From an uncultured Aggregatibacter sp. (lineage in GTDB: Bacteria; Pseudomonadota; Gammaproteobacteria; Enterobacterales; Pasteurellaceae): DNA of 64,000 nucleotides. The notes below the pieces were generated by a model. That model was not told the DNA's origin, ran no database searches, and saw nothing but the letters and a program-made list of their open reading frames with translations. The position numbers and the translations under genes were made by a program. The stretch is taken from positions 21,253-85,252 of the forward strand of contig CAUPZK010000003.1 of NCBI GenBank assembly GCA_963515835.1, written 5' to 3'. Shown here one piece after another: positions 1 to 11,459 of the stretch (its first letter is position 1; the number at the start of each line of letters is the position of its first letter).

Positions 1-152
1 GCAGCAAGAGCAATCGCCTGATCATCTACGCCTTGTTTTGGTGCCACTAACACTAAATCAGTTAATCCCATTGTTTTCATTGCTCGTGCCGTGGAACCAA
101 TGTTACCACTATGCGAGGTTTCAATTAAAACAATTCGAATTTTTTCCAACAT
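1..152 (-). CDS. trmJ: tRNA (cytidine/uridine-2'-O)-methyltransferase TrmJ, 5' part only (runs off window start)
   Basis: Manual translation [38 protein letters not shown] matches the SPOUT TrmJ N-terminus; divergent from suhB as in other gamma-proteobacteria. Confidence 0.9.
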   Translation of the reverse strand, partial: MLEKIRIVLIETSHSGNIGSTARAMKTMGLTDLVLVAPKQGVDDQAIALA

Positions 153-280
153 GATCATTTTTATCTTATTTAATAGCGGGGCGTATTCTATCACAAATAC
201 CCCTTGTTTTTAGTCAACAATTCTAAAAATTTTTCTGATAGCTATTTTCTTTTAAATCTCTTATAATTGCGCACCTAAAT

Positions 281-292
281 TGTTCTTTAAAA
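281..292 (+). promoter_or_regulatory. boxA element in the suhB leader (Nus-factor autoregulation)
   Basis: TGTTCTTTAAAA matches boxA GYTCTTTAANA; lies between a TATAAT at 262-267 and the ATG at 306. Confidence 0.7.
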
Positions 293-305
293 TCCGGTGG
301 AATTT

Positions 306-1106
306 ATGAATCCTATGTTAAATATCGCAATTCGTGCAGCACGAAAAGCGGGTAATATTATTGCCAAAAACTACGAACGTCGTGACGACATCGTCACCAT
401 GGAAAAAAGCAAAAATGACTATGTAACCAACGTCGATAAAGCTTCTGAAGAAGCGATTATCGAAGTCATTAAAAAATCTTATCCTGACCACACGATCATC
501 ACCGAAGAAAGCGGTGCATTAGAAGGCAGTGATAACGATGTTCAATGGGTGATTGATCCACTGGATGGCACCACAAACTTTGTGAAAGGTTTGCCTCATT
601 TCTCCGTTTCTATTGCTATTCGTGTTAAAGGCCGCACCGAAGTGGGCGTGGTTTATGATCCTATCCGTAACGAATTATTTACTGCTGTGCGTGGCGAAGG
701 CGCAAAATTAAATGAAATGCGTTTACGTGTTGAAAACAAACGCGATTTATCCGGTGCAGTTCTTGCTACCGGTTTCCCATTCAAACAACCGAAATACATG
801 CCAATGCAATTCAATATGATGCAAAGCTTGATTGAAGAGGCGGCTGATTTCCGTCGCACCGGTTCTGCTGCGTTGGATCTTTGCTATGTGGCATCCGGTC
901 GTTTAGATGGGTATTTTGAATACGGCATCAAAGCTTGGGATGTGGCGGCAGGTGATTTAATCGTTCGTGAAGCAGGCGGTATCGTGACTGACTACAATGC
1001 CGGTCATAGCTACTTAAAAGCCGGCCATATTGTTGCCGCAGCACCGCGCGTGTTAAAAGATATGTTGAATAAAATTCAGCCTTGCTTAGCAGAAGATTTA
1101 AAATAA
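306..1106 (+). CDS. suhB: Inositol monophosphatase / Nus factor SuhB
   Basis: Motifs WVIDPLDGTTNF, RRTGSAALDL, WDVAAG; ATG 306 preferred to GTG 297. Confidence 0.97.
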   Translation: MNPMLNIAIRAARKAGNIIAKNYERRDDIVTMEKSKNDYVTNVDKASEEAIIEVIKKSYPDHTIITEESGALEGSDNDVQWVIDPLDGTTNFVKGLPHFSVSIAIRVKGRTEVGVVYDPIRNELFTAVRGEGAKLNEMRLRVENKRDLSGAVLATGFPFKQPKYMPMQFNMMQSLIEEAADFRRTGSAALDLCYVASGRLDGYFEYGIKAWDVAAGDLIVREAGGIVTDYNAGHSYLKAGHIVAAAPRVLKDMLNKIQPCLAEDLK

Positions 1107-1165
1107 GACGAAAATCGACCGCACTTTTGTATTGAGTTTTCAAGGTTGTCGAATTTCAGAAGCAG

Positions 1166-1195
1166 AAAACGCCCGTTTATTACGGGCGTTTTTTT
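1166..1195. terminator. Bidirectional intrinsic terminator between suhB and the YedE-family gene
   Basis: AAAACGCCCGT-ttatt-ACGGGCGTTTTTTT. Confidence 0.8.
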
Positions 1196-1212
1196 ATCTC
1201 GCTATGGAGGAT

Positions 1213-2274
1213 TTAGGCTTTTGATTTATTGGTCACGCCAATGTAAACGCAGGCGGCAAAGCCAAGTACTAAAACATATGGGGTGTAAGCTGTCACACCG
1301 GCAGGTGAAGCTGCTAAACCGAAGTTATGTGCCGCAGCCGCACCTAATAGCATACCTAATACAAATAATGCGGCGTCATTGTTTCCTTCCCCGACATTCA
1401 CCAATTGTTTACCCGGGCAACCGCCGCCGAGGGAGAAACACAATCCGCATAATGCCATGGCAAAGAAGTTCCAGATATATTGATTATGTGCGATAGGTTG
1501 CTGTTCAAATCCCACATGGAATTGTCCAAGCAAGCTGTTGGTGATCGCAGCGAACACAACCAAGGCGATAACACCGTTTAAAAGCTGTGTATCACGGAAC
1601 AATACGAAGTTACGGAATGCGCCAATTGTGCAGAAACGGGATTTTTGCATTAACACACCAAGTAACGCGCCGCCGGCAAGCGACATCCAAACGGCAGGGT
1701 GTTGTGCGCCCGGGCCTTTTTCTGAAAAATAAATAGCCAGATTTTCGCCAAATTTAAATTGAGTTAAAAGCAAGATGAGCAATACCAAGGTAAATAGCAC
1801 ACCAATAAGCCCTGACGATTTGCTTTGTTCACTTGATTTTCCTAAGGAAAAACCATGATTTGCAAAGAAGATGCCGCCCAATATGCCGGCGAATAATCCA
1901 ACGATTCCTGCAATAGCAGTGAGATCACCGCCGCCTAGACGCAAATAGGCACGCCACGGACAGCCTAAGAAAACCAGTGCACCGATCATGGCAAAGAACC
2001 CAAGGATAATGCGAGCTAACGGTGCAGATCCACCGCGAGGTCGGAATTCCTTAGAGAAATAGGCACTGGCAAGTGCACCTAAAACTAAGCCGATAAGTTC
2101 GGGACGAAGATATTGTAGCGGAGCGGCGCGATGTAGCCCTAATGCACCGGAAGTATCTCGTAAGAAACACGCCGCACAGAAACCCATATTGCCGGGATTG
2201 CCATTGTAGGTTAGAAGTGGAGCAACGATACCAAGTGCAGCACCTGCAACCACAGGCCAAGTGAAAATTTTCAT
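1213..2274 (-). CDS. yedE: YedE/YeeE-family membrane protein (putative selenium/sulfur-oxyanion transporter subgroup)
   Basis: Multi-pass membrane protein with GNPGNMGFCAAC, FLGCPWR, SRFCTIG and GGGCPG motifs typical of this family. Confidence 0.8.
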   Translation of the reverse strand: MKIFTWPVVAGAALGIVAPLLTYNGNPGNMGFCAACFLRDTSGALGLHRAAPLQYLRPELIGLVLGALASAYFSKEFRPRGGSAPLARIILGFFAMIGALVFLGCPWRAYLRLGGGDLTAIAGIVGLFAGILGGIFFANHGFSLGKSSEQSKSSGLIGVLFTLVLLILLLTQFKFGENLAIYFSEKGPGAQHPAVWMSLAGGALLGVLMQKSRFCTIGAFRNFVLFRDTQLLNGVIALVVFAAITNSLLGQFHVGFEQQPIAHNQYIWNFFAMALCGLCFSLGGGCPGKQLVNVGEGNNDAALFVLGMLLGAAAAHNFGLAASPAGVTAYTPYVLVLGFAACVYIGVTNKSKA

Positions 2275-2452
2275 AATGAGACCTTTGTGATATCTGAAGT
2301 TAAATTGAATTGTGTGTTTTTAATTATTAAAAACACACTCATTGTAGAAAAGTCGCCAATATAAATAAACCGACTTTTTATCAGATCGTGAGCCGGATCA
2401 AGGATTTGCAAAAAAAGGCGAAAATGCACCGCACTTTCTAGTCTAAATGGAT

Positions 2453-3124
2453 TCACAGCCAACGGGTTAAATGCAATTCCACAATATCTACGATGTGTTT
2501 TAAGAAGGTGGTATCTTGTCCGTTATGGAAACGGGCAGTGTCTCTCGAGGTGAATAATAAAAGTGCGGTGGGTTTGTGGCTTGTTTTTGTGCCAAGCAGA
2601 TAAATTGCCACGGAGCCAATGGGAAATTCCTCCGGCAGAAACATCAGGTGTTTTTCTTTGTTGCTTAAATCACCCAAGTAAAACTGGCGCAAGCCGAGAC
2701 GTTCCAAGCGAATCAGTTCAAACGCCTTGCGATCAATCCAATATTGTTCGGGAATGGTTTCATTTTTTGGCCACGCATCTCGAAATAGCAATATTTTTGC
2801 ACCGTCCAATTCATAGGACTGCGCCCATTGTTTCAGTTTTTCTTCGCCCCGTTGGAAATCTTCCGCTTGAAACAGTTTCTTTTGTAAGGGCATAAGCGCG
2901 TAGAAAATGTCTGCCTCTTGATAGGCGAGTTGATGAAATTTTTCTAAGAACGCCGTGAGGGTTTTGATTTGTTGGCGTTGCTGTTCTAGCTGTGCTTCTA
3001 CTAAAGATAGCGTGCCTTTTTGTGGGTGAACCACGGACAGTTTAGCAAGCAAATCGGGGTGGGTAGTGAAAAAATCGGGGTGTTCGGTTAGGTATTCGAC
3101 GACGTTTTGTTCCGGCTCATTCAT
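2453..3124 (-). CDS. DUF484 / YigA-family protein
   Basis: VVEYLTEHPDFF...LSLVEAQ N-terminus and RFHNGQDTTFL C-terminus; SD GGAG before ATG 3124. Confidence 0.85.
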   Translation of the reverse strand: MNEPEQNVVEYLTEHPDFFTTHPDLLAKLSVVHPQKGTLSLVEAQLEQQRQQIKTLTAFLEKFHQLAYQEADIFYALMPLQKKLFQAEDFQRGEEKLKQWAQSYELDGAKILLFRDAWPKNETIPEQYWIDRKAFELIRLERLGLRQFYLGDLSNKEKHLMFLPEEFPIGSVAIYLLGTKTSHKPTALLLFTSRDTARFHNGQDTTFLKHIVDIVELHLTRWL

Positions 3125-3144
3125 AAAAAACTCTCCAAAAAAGA

Positions 3145-3173
3145 ACCGCACTTTGATACTTCAAAAGTGCGGT
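3145..3173. repeat. Inverted pair of DNA uptake signal sequences (probable terminator after purA)
   Basis: ACCGCACTT...AAGTGCGGT. Confidence 0.85.
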
Positions 3174-3190
3174 CGTTTTTCTATGCATTT

Positions 3191-4504
<1,314 letters not shown>

Positions 4505-4575
4505 TTAAGCTAGTTTATAAAAATCAACGGTTGCTTACTTTACTATTTTCAACGTTGAATCTCAATGTTATTCCT

Positions 4576-5541
4576 TTATTTATTCGCTAAAATGACCGCT
4601 CTTTTCGGGGCAGGATAGCCTTCGATGGTTTTGCTATGATCATTTGGATCGAGAAAATCAATTAAGGATTCATTTTCTAACCAATCGGTTTTGCGCTGTT
4701 CCTCTAATGAGGTGACGGCGACATCTACGCAACGCACATTTTTAAAGCCGCTTTTTTGCAGCCAATGAATCAATGCGGCAACGGACGGAATGAAATACAC
4801 GTTTTTCATTTTGGCGTAACGATCCATTGGAACTAATACGGTATTTTCATCGCCGTCCACCACTAAGGTTTCGAGCACTAATTCACCACCGTTTACCAAT
4901 TGGGCACGAAGTTGGGAAAGGTGATCCAACGGTGATTTGCGGTGATATAACACTCCCATCGAAAACACCGTGTCAAACGCCGCGAGCGGTTGCATTTGCT
5001 CAATGCCGAGCGGAATCAAATTGGCACGGCGATCGTCATTTAAGAGTTTGCGAACCGCTTCAAATTGACATAAGAACAATTCCGTCGGGTCGATGCCCAC
5101 CACCATTTTTGCTCCTTCGCCCACCATGCGCCACATATGATAGCCACTGCCGCAACCCACATCTAAAATTGTGCGATCTTGCAACGGTGCTAAATGTGGT
5201 AGCACGCGATCCCATTTGAAATCGGAGCGCCATTCGCAATCCACATGAATACCAAGCAAATGATAAGGCCCTTTGCGCCATGGCATGAGTTGTTTTAAAT
5301 GGTGAATAATGCGCTGGCGTTCACCATCGGAAAGCGCCGAATCACACTCAGATTTGACCGCACTTTTTAGATCAATACGGGAAGCCGGCAAGTGCGGTAG
5401 AAATTCCACGACTTTTGCCCATTTGGCATATTCCCCGTGGGTTTGCTGTTGCCATTGTTTCATTTGTAATGGCAAGGTTTCCAACCAAGGGGAAAGAGGG
5501 GTCGTGGCAATTTGTTGATAAAAAGGGCGAAAATCGATCAT
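4576..5541 (-). CDS. cmoB: tRNA U34 carboxymethyltransferase CmoB
   Basis: [36 protein letters not shown]. Confidence 0.96.
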   Translation of the reverse strand: MIDFRPFYQQIATTPLSPWLETLPLQMKQWQQQTHGEYAKWAKVVEFLPHLPASRIDLKSAVKSECDSALSDGERQRIIHHLKQLMPWRKGPYHLLGIHVDCEWRSDFKWDRVLPHLAPLQDRTILDVGCGSGYHMWRMVGEGAKMVVGIDPTELFLCQFEAVRKLLNDDRRANLIPLGIEQMQPLAAFDTVFSMGVLYHRKSPLDHLSQLRAQLVNGGELVLETLVVDGDENTVLVPMDRYAKMKNVYFIPSVAALIHWLQKSGFKNVRCVDVAVTSLEEQRKTDWLENESLIDFLDPNDHSKTIEGYPAPKRAVILANK

Positions 5542-5564
5542 ATCGTTATCTCGGTTAATCAAGG

Positions 5565-7085
5565 TTACAGCGCATCATGATACGCTTTTTGGGCTTTTTC
5601 AAAGGTGTCGGTAATGGCTTCGTCGGGTTTCGCAGACAAGAGCGACACAATAATAATGGCGATGGCGGCGAATACAAAGCCCGGAATCATTTCATAGACT
5701 TGCGCCCATTCACTTTCTTGCGGTAAACACGCTTTCCAAGCAAATACCGTGATGGCACCGGTGAGCATGCCTGCCATGGCGCCGGAGGACGTCATGCGTT
5801 TCCAAAATAAGGAAAGTAAAACCACCGGACCAAAAGCGCTACCGAAGCCTGCCCAAGCAAATTCCACGAGTTTCAACACCTTACTGTTTTGATCTTGAGC
5901 AATCCAAATGGCAACGGCGGCAATCACCAATACCATGGCGCGACCTAACCAAACCAATTCTTTTTCTGAGGCGTTCGGGCGGATAAAGCCTTTGTAAAAG
6001 TCTTCCGTAATGGCACTGGAAGAAATTAATAGCTGGCAACTTAAGGTACTCATCACCGCAGCAAGAATCGCGGAAAGCAAAATACCGGCAATCCATGGAT
6101 TAAATAATAGTCGGGATAATTCAATAAAAACTTGCTCAGGTTCATGGTTTACCAAGGCAGCAGAAGCGGTGTTTGCATTTGCATAGAAATACGCCATGCC
6201 AAAGAAACCGATGGCAATAGCCCCGGCTAAGCAGAGGATCATCCATGTCATGCTGATTTTGCGGGCTTTATTGAGGGAACGCACGGAATCTGCCGCCATG
6301 AAACGAGCGAGAATATGCGGTTGTCCGAAATAACCTAAGCCCCACGCCGCAAGGCTTAACAAGCCCATCATGGTGGTGCCGCGGAATAAGTCGGTAAATT
6401 CTTTTTGTGCGCTTATTTCCGCTTGTTGTACGATATTTTGCAAGTCGTCAACACCACCGATAGAGATCACCACAAAGACAGGGGTGAGCAATAAGGCGAA
6501 AATCATCAGTGTGGCTTGAATGGTATCTGTCCAACTCACCGCAAGGAAACCGCCGATAAAGGTGTAGGCGATGGTAGCGAGTGCGCCGTACCAAAGTGCG
6601 GTGGAATAATCGATTGAAAAGAGGTTTTGGAATAATTTCGCACCGGCAACCACGCCCGAAGCGCAATAAATGGTGAAAAACACCAAAATAATGGAGGCAG
6701 ATACGATTTTTAAGGCGTTGTGGCTTGTGCCAAAACGATGATGAAAATATTCAGGCAGGGTTAACGCATTATTATTAAATTCTGTGTAAACCCGTAAACG
6801 CCCGGCAACGAAGAGCCAGTTTAAATACGCCCCTAAGGTTAAGCCAATGGCAATCCAGCCCTCGACCAAACCGGATAAATACACGGCACCCGGCAAGCCC
6901 ATTAACAACCAACCGGACATATCCGAAGCACCGGCAGACATTGCCGTGACGAAGCTGCCTAAGCGGCGGCCACCCAAAATGTAGTCAGATAAATCTTTGG
7001 TGTAATAATAGGCGGCAACCCCAATGCTAATCATGCCGAAAATATAAATAGTAAATGTAACAATTGTTGGATCTAAACCAAACAT
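5565..7085 (-). CDS. putP: Sodium/proline symporter
   Basis: [34 protein letters not shown]. Confidence 0.97.
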   Translation of the reverse strand: MFGLDPTIVTFTIYIFGMISIGVAAYYYTKDLSDYILGGRRLGSFVTAMSAGASDMSGWLLMGLPGAVYLSGLVEGWIAIGLTLGAYLNWLFVAGRLRVYTEFNNNALTLPEYFHHRFGTSHNALKIVSASIILVFFTIYCASGVVAGAKLFQNLFSIDYSTALWYGALATIAYTFIGGFLAVSWTDTIQATLMIFALLLTPVFVVISIGGVDDLQNIVQQAEISAQKEFTDLFRGTTMMGLLSLAAWGLGYFGQPHILARFMAADSVRSLNKARKISMTWMILCLAGAIAIGFFGMAYFYANANTASAALVNHEPEQVFIELSRLLFNPWIAGILLSAILAAVMSTLSCQLLISSSAITEDFYKGFIRPNASEKELVWLGRAMVLVIAAVAIWIAQDQNSKVLKLVEFAWAGFGSAFGPVVLLSLFWKRMTSSGAMAGMLTGAITVFAWKACLPQESEWAQVYEMIPGFVFAAIAIIIVSLLSAKPDEAITDTFEKAQKAYHDAL

Positions 7086-7222
7086 CCTATTAACCCTAAA
7101 AATAGTTCTTATATTCAAAAAAAGGGGAGCATTTTACCTGATTTGCCCCTGTTATTCTATTTCCCTTTTCGTTAGACTAATTGGCAAAATCAATGACAAC
7201 GACATTTTGGATAAGATATTTT

Positions 7223-8698
7223 ATGGATTCTGTTGAATTATTGGTCAATGTGACACCAAATGAAACGCGCATTGCCTTAGTGGAAACCGGTTTGCTCAAA
7301 GAAGTGCATATTGAACGCCAAGGCAAACGCGGTATTGTCGGAAATATTTATAAAGGCCGCGTCACCCGTGTATTACCGGGGATGCAATCGGCATTTGTGG
7401 ACATCGGGCTGGAAAAAGCCGCCTTCTTACACGCGTCAGATATTGTATCGCACACCGAATGTGTGGAAGAAAGTGAACAAAAGCAATTTGTGGTGAAAGA
7501 CATTGCCCAACTGGTACATGAAGGGCAGGATATTGTGGTGCAAGTGGTAAAAGATCCGCTTGGCACGAAAGGTGCGCGACTCACCACCGATATTACCTTG
7601 CCTTCCCGTTATTTAGTATTCATGCCGGAAAACAGTCATGTGGGCGTGTCACAACGCATTGAAAGCGAGGAAGAACGTAATCGATTGAAAGAACTCACCT
7701 TGCCTTTATGTGATGAATTGGGCGGTTTTATTATCCGTACTGCGGCCGAAGGGGCGACTGAACTGGATTTACAACAAGATGCCGATTTCTTAAAACGCTT
7801 GTGGCGAAAAGTGCTGGAGCGCCGTGCGAAATACACAACCCGCTCCATGCTTTACGGCGAATTGGCGCTGACCCAGCGCATTTTGCGCGATTTTATCGGT
7901 GGCAAGTTGGATCGAATTCACATTGACTCCCGACTTTGTTTCAATGAAGTGAAACAATTCACCGAAGAATTCATCCCAAACCTCACCGACAAACTGATTT
8001 TATACACGGGAAATCAACCGCTCTTTGATGTGTACAGTGTGGAAAAGGGGATCCATCACGCTTTAGATAGACGAGTGAATCTCAAATCCGGTGGCTATTT
8101 GATCATTGAACAAACCGAAGCCATGACCACGATCGACATCAATACCGGTGCATTCGTGGGGCATCGTAATTTGGAAGAAACCATTTTTAACACCAATATT
8201 GAAGCCACCAAAACCATCGCGCAACAGCTTCAACTGCGCAACCTCGGTGGCATCATCATTATTGATTTCATTGATATGCAAAGTGAAGAACACCGTAATC
8301 GTGTGTTGGAATCCTTGCAAGATGCCTTATCGCGCGATCCGGTGAAAACCAACGTGAATGGCTTTACGCAACTAGGTTTGGTGGAAATGACCCGTAAACG
8401 TACGCGGGAAAGTTTGGAGCATATTCTTTGTTGCGAATGCCCGGCTTGTCAAGGTCGTGGGCGAGTAAAAACTGTGGAAACCGTATGCTACGAAATCATG
8501 CGCGAAATTATCCGTGTGCATCATTTATTTGCCAGCGAACAATTTGTGGTTTACGCCTCGCACGCGGTTGCAGACTACTTAATTAACGAAGAATCCCACG
8601 GCTTACTGGCAGAATTGGAAGTCTTTATCGGAAAACAAGTCCAAATAAAAACCGAACCGTTTTACACACAGGAACAGTTTGACGTGGTGGTGATGTAA
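7223..8698 (+). CDS. rng: Ribonuclease G
   Basis: GNIYKGRVTRVLPGMQSAFVDIG, TIDINTG, LRNLGGIIIIDFIDM; about 490 aa without RNase E C-terminal tail. Confidence 0.96.
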   Translation: MDSVELLVNVTPNETRIALVETGLLKEVHIERQGKRGIVGNIYKGRVTRVLPGMQSAFVDIGLEKAAFLHASDIVSHTECVEESEQKQFVVKDIAQLVHEGQDIVVQVVKDPLGTKGARLTTDITLPSRYLVFMPENSHVGVSQRIESEEERNRLKELTLPLCDELGGFIIRTAAEGATELDLQQDADFLKRLWRKVLERRAKYTTRSMLYGELALTQRILRDFIGGKLDRIHIDSRLCFNEVKQFTEEFIPNLTDKLILYTGNQPLFDVYSVEKGIHHALDRRVNLKSGGYLIIEQTEAMTTIDINTGAFVGHRNLEETIFNTNIEATKTIAQQLQLRNLGGIIIIDFIDMQSEEHRNRVLESLQDALSRDPVKTNVNGFTQLGLVEMTRKRTRESLEHILCCECPACQGRGRVKTVETVCYEIMREIIRVHHLFASEQFVVYASHAVADYLINEESHGLLAELEVFIGKQVQIKTEPFYTQEQFDVVVM

Positions 8699-8744
8699 AA
8701 GTATCAGTAGTATTAGGATGAAAACCTTAGGTCAGGGGAATAAG

Positions 8745-9443
8745 ATGAAACCAATTTGCGTGGTATTAACGGGAGCCGGAATTAGTGCCGAAAGTGGCAT
8801 TCCTACCTTCAGAGCGGAAGACGGTTTGTGGGCAGGGCATAAAGTCGAAGAAGTTTGTACACCGGAAGCCTTACAAAAGAACCGTGCGAAAGTGCTCGAT
8901 TTCTATAATCAACGCCGTAAAAATGCCGCCGCAGCTAAGCCAAACGCTGCGCATCTTGCCTTAGTTGAATTAGAAAAAGTCTATGATGTGAGAATTATCA
9001 CGCAAAATGTGGATGATTTACATGAGCGAGCAGGAAGCTCAAATGTGTTGCATTTACACGGCGAATTAAATAAAGCGCGCAGTAGCGTTGATGAAAGTTA
9101 TATCGTGGATTGTTTTGGCGATCAGAAATTAGACGATAAAGATCCAAATGGTCATCCAATGCGACCATATATTGTTTTTTTCGGTGAAATGGTGCCGATG
9201 CTAGAACGAGCCATTGAGATTGTTGAACAAGCGGATGTGGTATTAGTGATTGGCACCTCTTTGCAAGTGTATCCCGCGAATGGTTTGGTTAATGAAGCTC
9301 CACGCAATACGCCGATTTACTTAATCGATCCGAATCCCAATACCGGCTTTGTACGCAAGCAAGTCGTTACAATAAAAGAAAAAGCGGGGGCAGGCGTGCC
9401 GAAGGTAGTTGCAGAGTTATTGGAGAACGTTAAAAACACATAG
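8745..9443 (+). CDS. cobB: NAD-dependent protein deacylase (class III sirtuin)
   Basis: GAGISAESGIPTFR, TQNVDDLHERAG, HLHGEL, GTSLQVYPA. Confidence 0.92.
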   Translation: MKPICVVLTGAGISAESGIPTFRAEDGLWAGHKVEEVCTPEALQKNRAKVLDFYNQRRKNAAAAKPNAAHLALVELEKVYDVRIITQNVDDLHERAGSSNVLHLHGELNKARSSVDESYIVDCFGDQKLDDKDPNGHPMRPYIVFFGEMVPMLERAIEIVEQADVVLVIGTSLQVYPANGLVNEAPRNTPIYLIDPNPNTGFVRKQVVTIKEKAGAGVPKVVAELLENVKNT

Positions 9444-9516
9444 AAAATCGACCGCACTTTATCATTGGCATTGCCGATGGTATTTCCAATAGCAATCATG
9501 CGGAAAAAGCCAGTAA

Positions 9517-9879
9517 GTGTGTCATGTCAGCGGAACGGAACGAAATATTGCGGAAGCCTTTAAATCGGCGAATTGTTTGTTGGTGCTGGATCCGGCGGCA
9601 TTACGGCGTTTTGATTTAAAATTAAAGTTTGATTATTTAACGCCACAACAGCGGTTAGATTTTGCTAAACAACAAGCGGAAAAATTGAATTTGGGCGCAT
9701 GGGATGAAACCCATTCAAAACGCATGCTTGAGCTGAATTTACTCACGCTGGGTGATTTTGCTGCTGTTGCCAGACGACACAATTTTTCACCCTTTGAGAA
9801 TCTAGAAGAGTGGTTAGACGCATTGCGTGGTGAATGTCTTGTAAAACCGGAATTTTCCCGCAAAAAGGTCGGTTTTTAA
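9517..9879 (+). pseudogene. C-terminal remnant of an AAA+ ATPase (no Walker A, apparent internal deletion)
   Basis: SGTERNIAEAF...LLVLD-PAALRRFDLKLKFDYL...KKVGF; no P-loop, no convincing start or RBS. Confidence 0.75.
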
Positions 9880-9883
9880 TTTT

Positions 9884-9907
9884 CGCTATGTTTTTGTTTA
9901 TATAGCT
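9884..9907. promoter_or_regulatory. Putative ModE operator upstream of modA
   Basis: CGCTATGTT-N6-TATATAGCT versus consensus CGnTATATA-N6-TATATAnCG (3 mismatches), about 40 bp before modA. Confidence 0.65.
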
Positions 9908-9949
9908 AATGTGCTATATTTACCTCACTTTTTAAAACAGGAGTGTGAC

Positions 9950-10687
9950 ATGAAAAAAGTAGCAACATTAGCCGCTTTGGTGATGGCGGCATTTTCTGCG
10001 CAGGCAGCGGATTTGTATCTTTATGCCGGCGCAGGTTTGAAAGAACCTGTCGAAAAAATTATTCAGCAATTTGAAAAGGATACAGGTAATAAAGTTACCG
10101 TGGAATATGGTGGTTCGGGGCAGCTTTTGGCGCGTTATAATCAGGTGAAAAGCGGCGATTTGTTCTTGTCCGGTTCGGCGGATTATGTGGAAAAATTGCA
10201 ACAGGCAAATGAAGTGAAGGATGTTGCGCCGTTGGTATTGCATATTCCGGTGATGGCGGTGCGTAAGGATAAAAGCGCGGGGATTGATTCTTTCAAAGCC
10301 TTGGCGGAAAGTCAGTTGCGTTTAGGTATCGGTGATAGCAAAGCTATGGCGTTGGGCAAAGGCGCGGAAAAAATGTTTGAACTGTCCGGTTATCAACAAC
10401 AACTTAACAATAAAGTGGTGGTGAAAGCGGCAACGGTTAAACAATTGATGTTGTATTTGCTGAACGGAGATGTGGATGCGGCGGTTGTTGGTCGTTCCGG
10501 GGCGTGGAAAGTGCGTGATAAAGTGGATTTATTACCAAACCCGGCCGGAACGCCAGAAGAAAAAGTGACCCTTGGTTTGCTTTCCTCAAGTCAGTATCCG
10601 ACAGAAGCCAAACAGTTGTTAGACTTTTTCAAATCCGAACAAGGCGTGAAATATTTTACCGATGAAGGCTTCCTCCCTATTAAATAA
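9950..10687 (+). CDS. modA: Molybdate ABC transporter substrate-binding protein
   Basis: Signal peptide ending AQA, AGAGL and GGSGQL motifs, DLFLSGS; RBS CAGGAG; operon with modB/C/D. Confidence 0.85.
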   Translation: MKKVATLAALVMAAFSAQAADLYLYAGAGLKEPVEKIIQQFEKDTGNKVTVEYGGSGQLLARYNQVKSGDLFLSGSADYVEKLQQANEVKDVAPLVLHIPVMAVRKDKSAGIDSFKALAESQLRLGIGDSKAMALGKGAEKMFELSGYQQQLNNKVVVKAATVKQLMLYLLNGDVDAAVVGRSGAWKVRDKVDLLPNPAGTPEEKVTLGLLSSSQYPTEAKQLLDFFKSEQGVKYFTDEGFLPIK

Positions 10688-11459
10688 AAGCCTTAGTTTA
10701 AAGTTAGCACTGATTCCGCTGGTTATGTTGTTATGTATTGTCGTAGGTGCGGTGCTTTCTTTAACGGCGCAACTGGATTTTCATTTTTTCAAAAAAGTGT
10801 TGTTTGATGCCGAGTTGCATTTCGCCTTAGGGATGTCTCTCGGCACCTCGCTTATTTCTCTTCTTTTAGCGCTATGTATTGCTATTCCATCCGCATGGTT
10901 GATGAGCCAAGTGCGGTTACCTTTACAAAAGTTTATTGATACATTTCTGGACTTGCCGATGGTGTTACCGCCATTGGTGACGGGCTTGAGTTTATTGCTG
11001 TTGTTTAATTCGCAGGGAATATTGAGCCAACTGATTCCAGGAATCAGCCAATGGATTTTTAGCCCTATCGGCATTGTGGTAGCGCAAACCTATATCGCCT
11101 CATCCATTTTGCTACGTAACGCCAGAGGCATTTTCACGTCTTTTGATCAGGGTTATCGTCTCGCCGCCTATAATTTAGGCTTATCGCCTTTCAGAACGCT
11201 GTTTAAGGTGGAATTGCCCATGTGTTGGAAGCCGTTGTTGGGCGGTGCGATTTTGGCATGGTCACGGGCCATTGGGGAATTTGGCGCGACACTAATGCTT
11301 GCCGGCGCCACCCGCTTTAAAACCGAAACCTTACCGATGGCAGTGTATCTGAATATCTCCAGTGGTGACTTTGAAATTGCGATCGGTGCTGCATTGTGGC
11401 TGTTGTTTATTGCTGCCTGTTTACTGTTTTTGCTTCGGGTGCTGAATCGGAATGTTTAA
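10662..11459 (+). CDS. modB: Molybdate ABC transporter permease
   Basis: [35 protein letters not shown]. Confidence 0.88.
   Translation: MKASSLLNKSLSLKLALIPLVMLLCIVVGAVLSLTAQLDFHFFKKVLFDAELHFALGMSLGTSLISLLLALCIAIPSAWLMSQVRLPLQKFIDTFLDLPMVLPPLVTGLSLLLLFNSQGILSQLIPGISQWIFSPIGIVVAQTYIASSILLRNARGIFTSFDQGYRLAAYNLGLSPFRTLFKVELPMCWKPLLGGAILAWSRAIGEFGATLMLAGATRFKTETLPMAVYLNISSGDFEIAIGAALWLLFIAACLLFLLRVLNRNV

Noticed and set aside
1146..1496. 116-aa plus-strand ORF and the many other 60-130 aa ORFs overlapping larger genes
   Set aside because: Antisense or alternate-frame shadows of well-supported genes, with no motifs or RBS
1213..2452. Selenocysteine (TGA) recoding or a hidden yedF/sirA partner near yedE
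   Set aside because: The ORF is uninterrupted and ends in TAA; no CPxP-type ORF found in the flanks
8745..9879. Sirtuin plus ATPase as an anti-phage SIR2 defence system
   Set aside because: The sirtuin is a classical CobB-type deacylase rather than a SIR2_2 NADase, and the ATPase is a non-catalytic remnant
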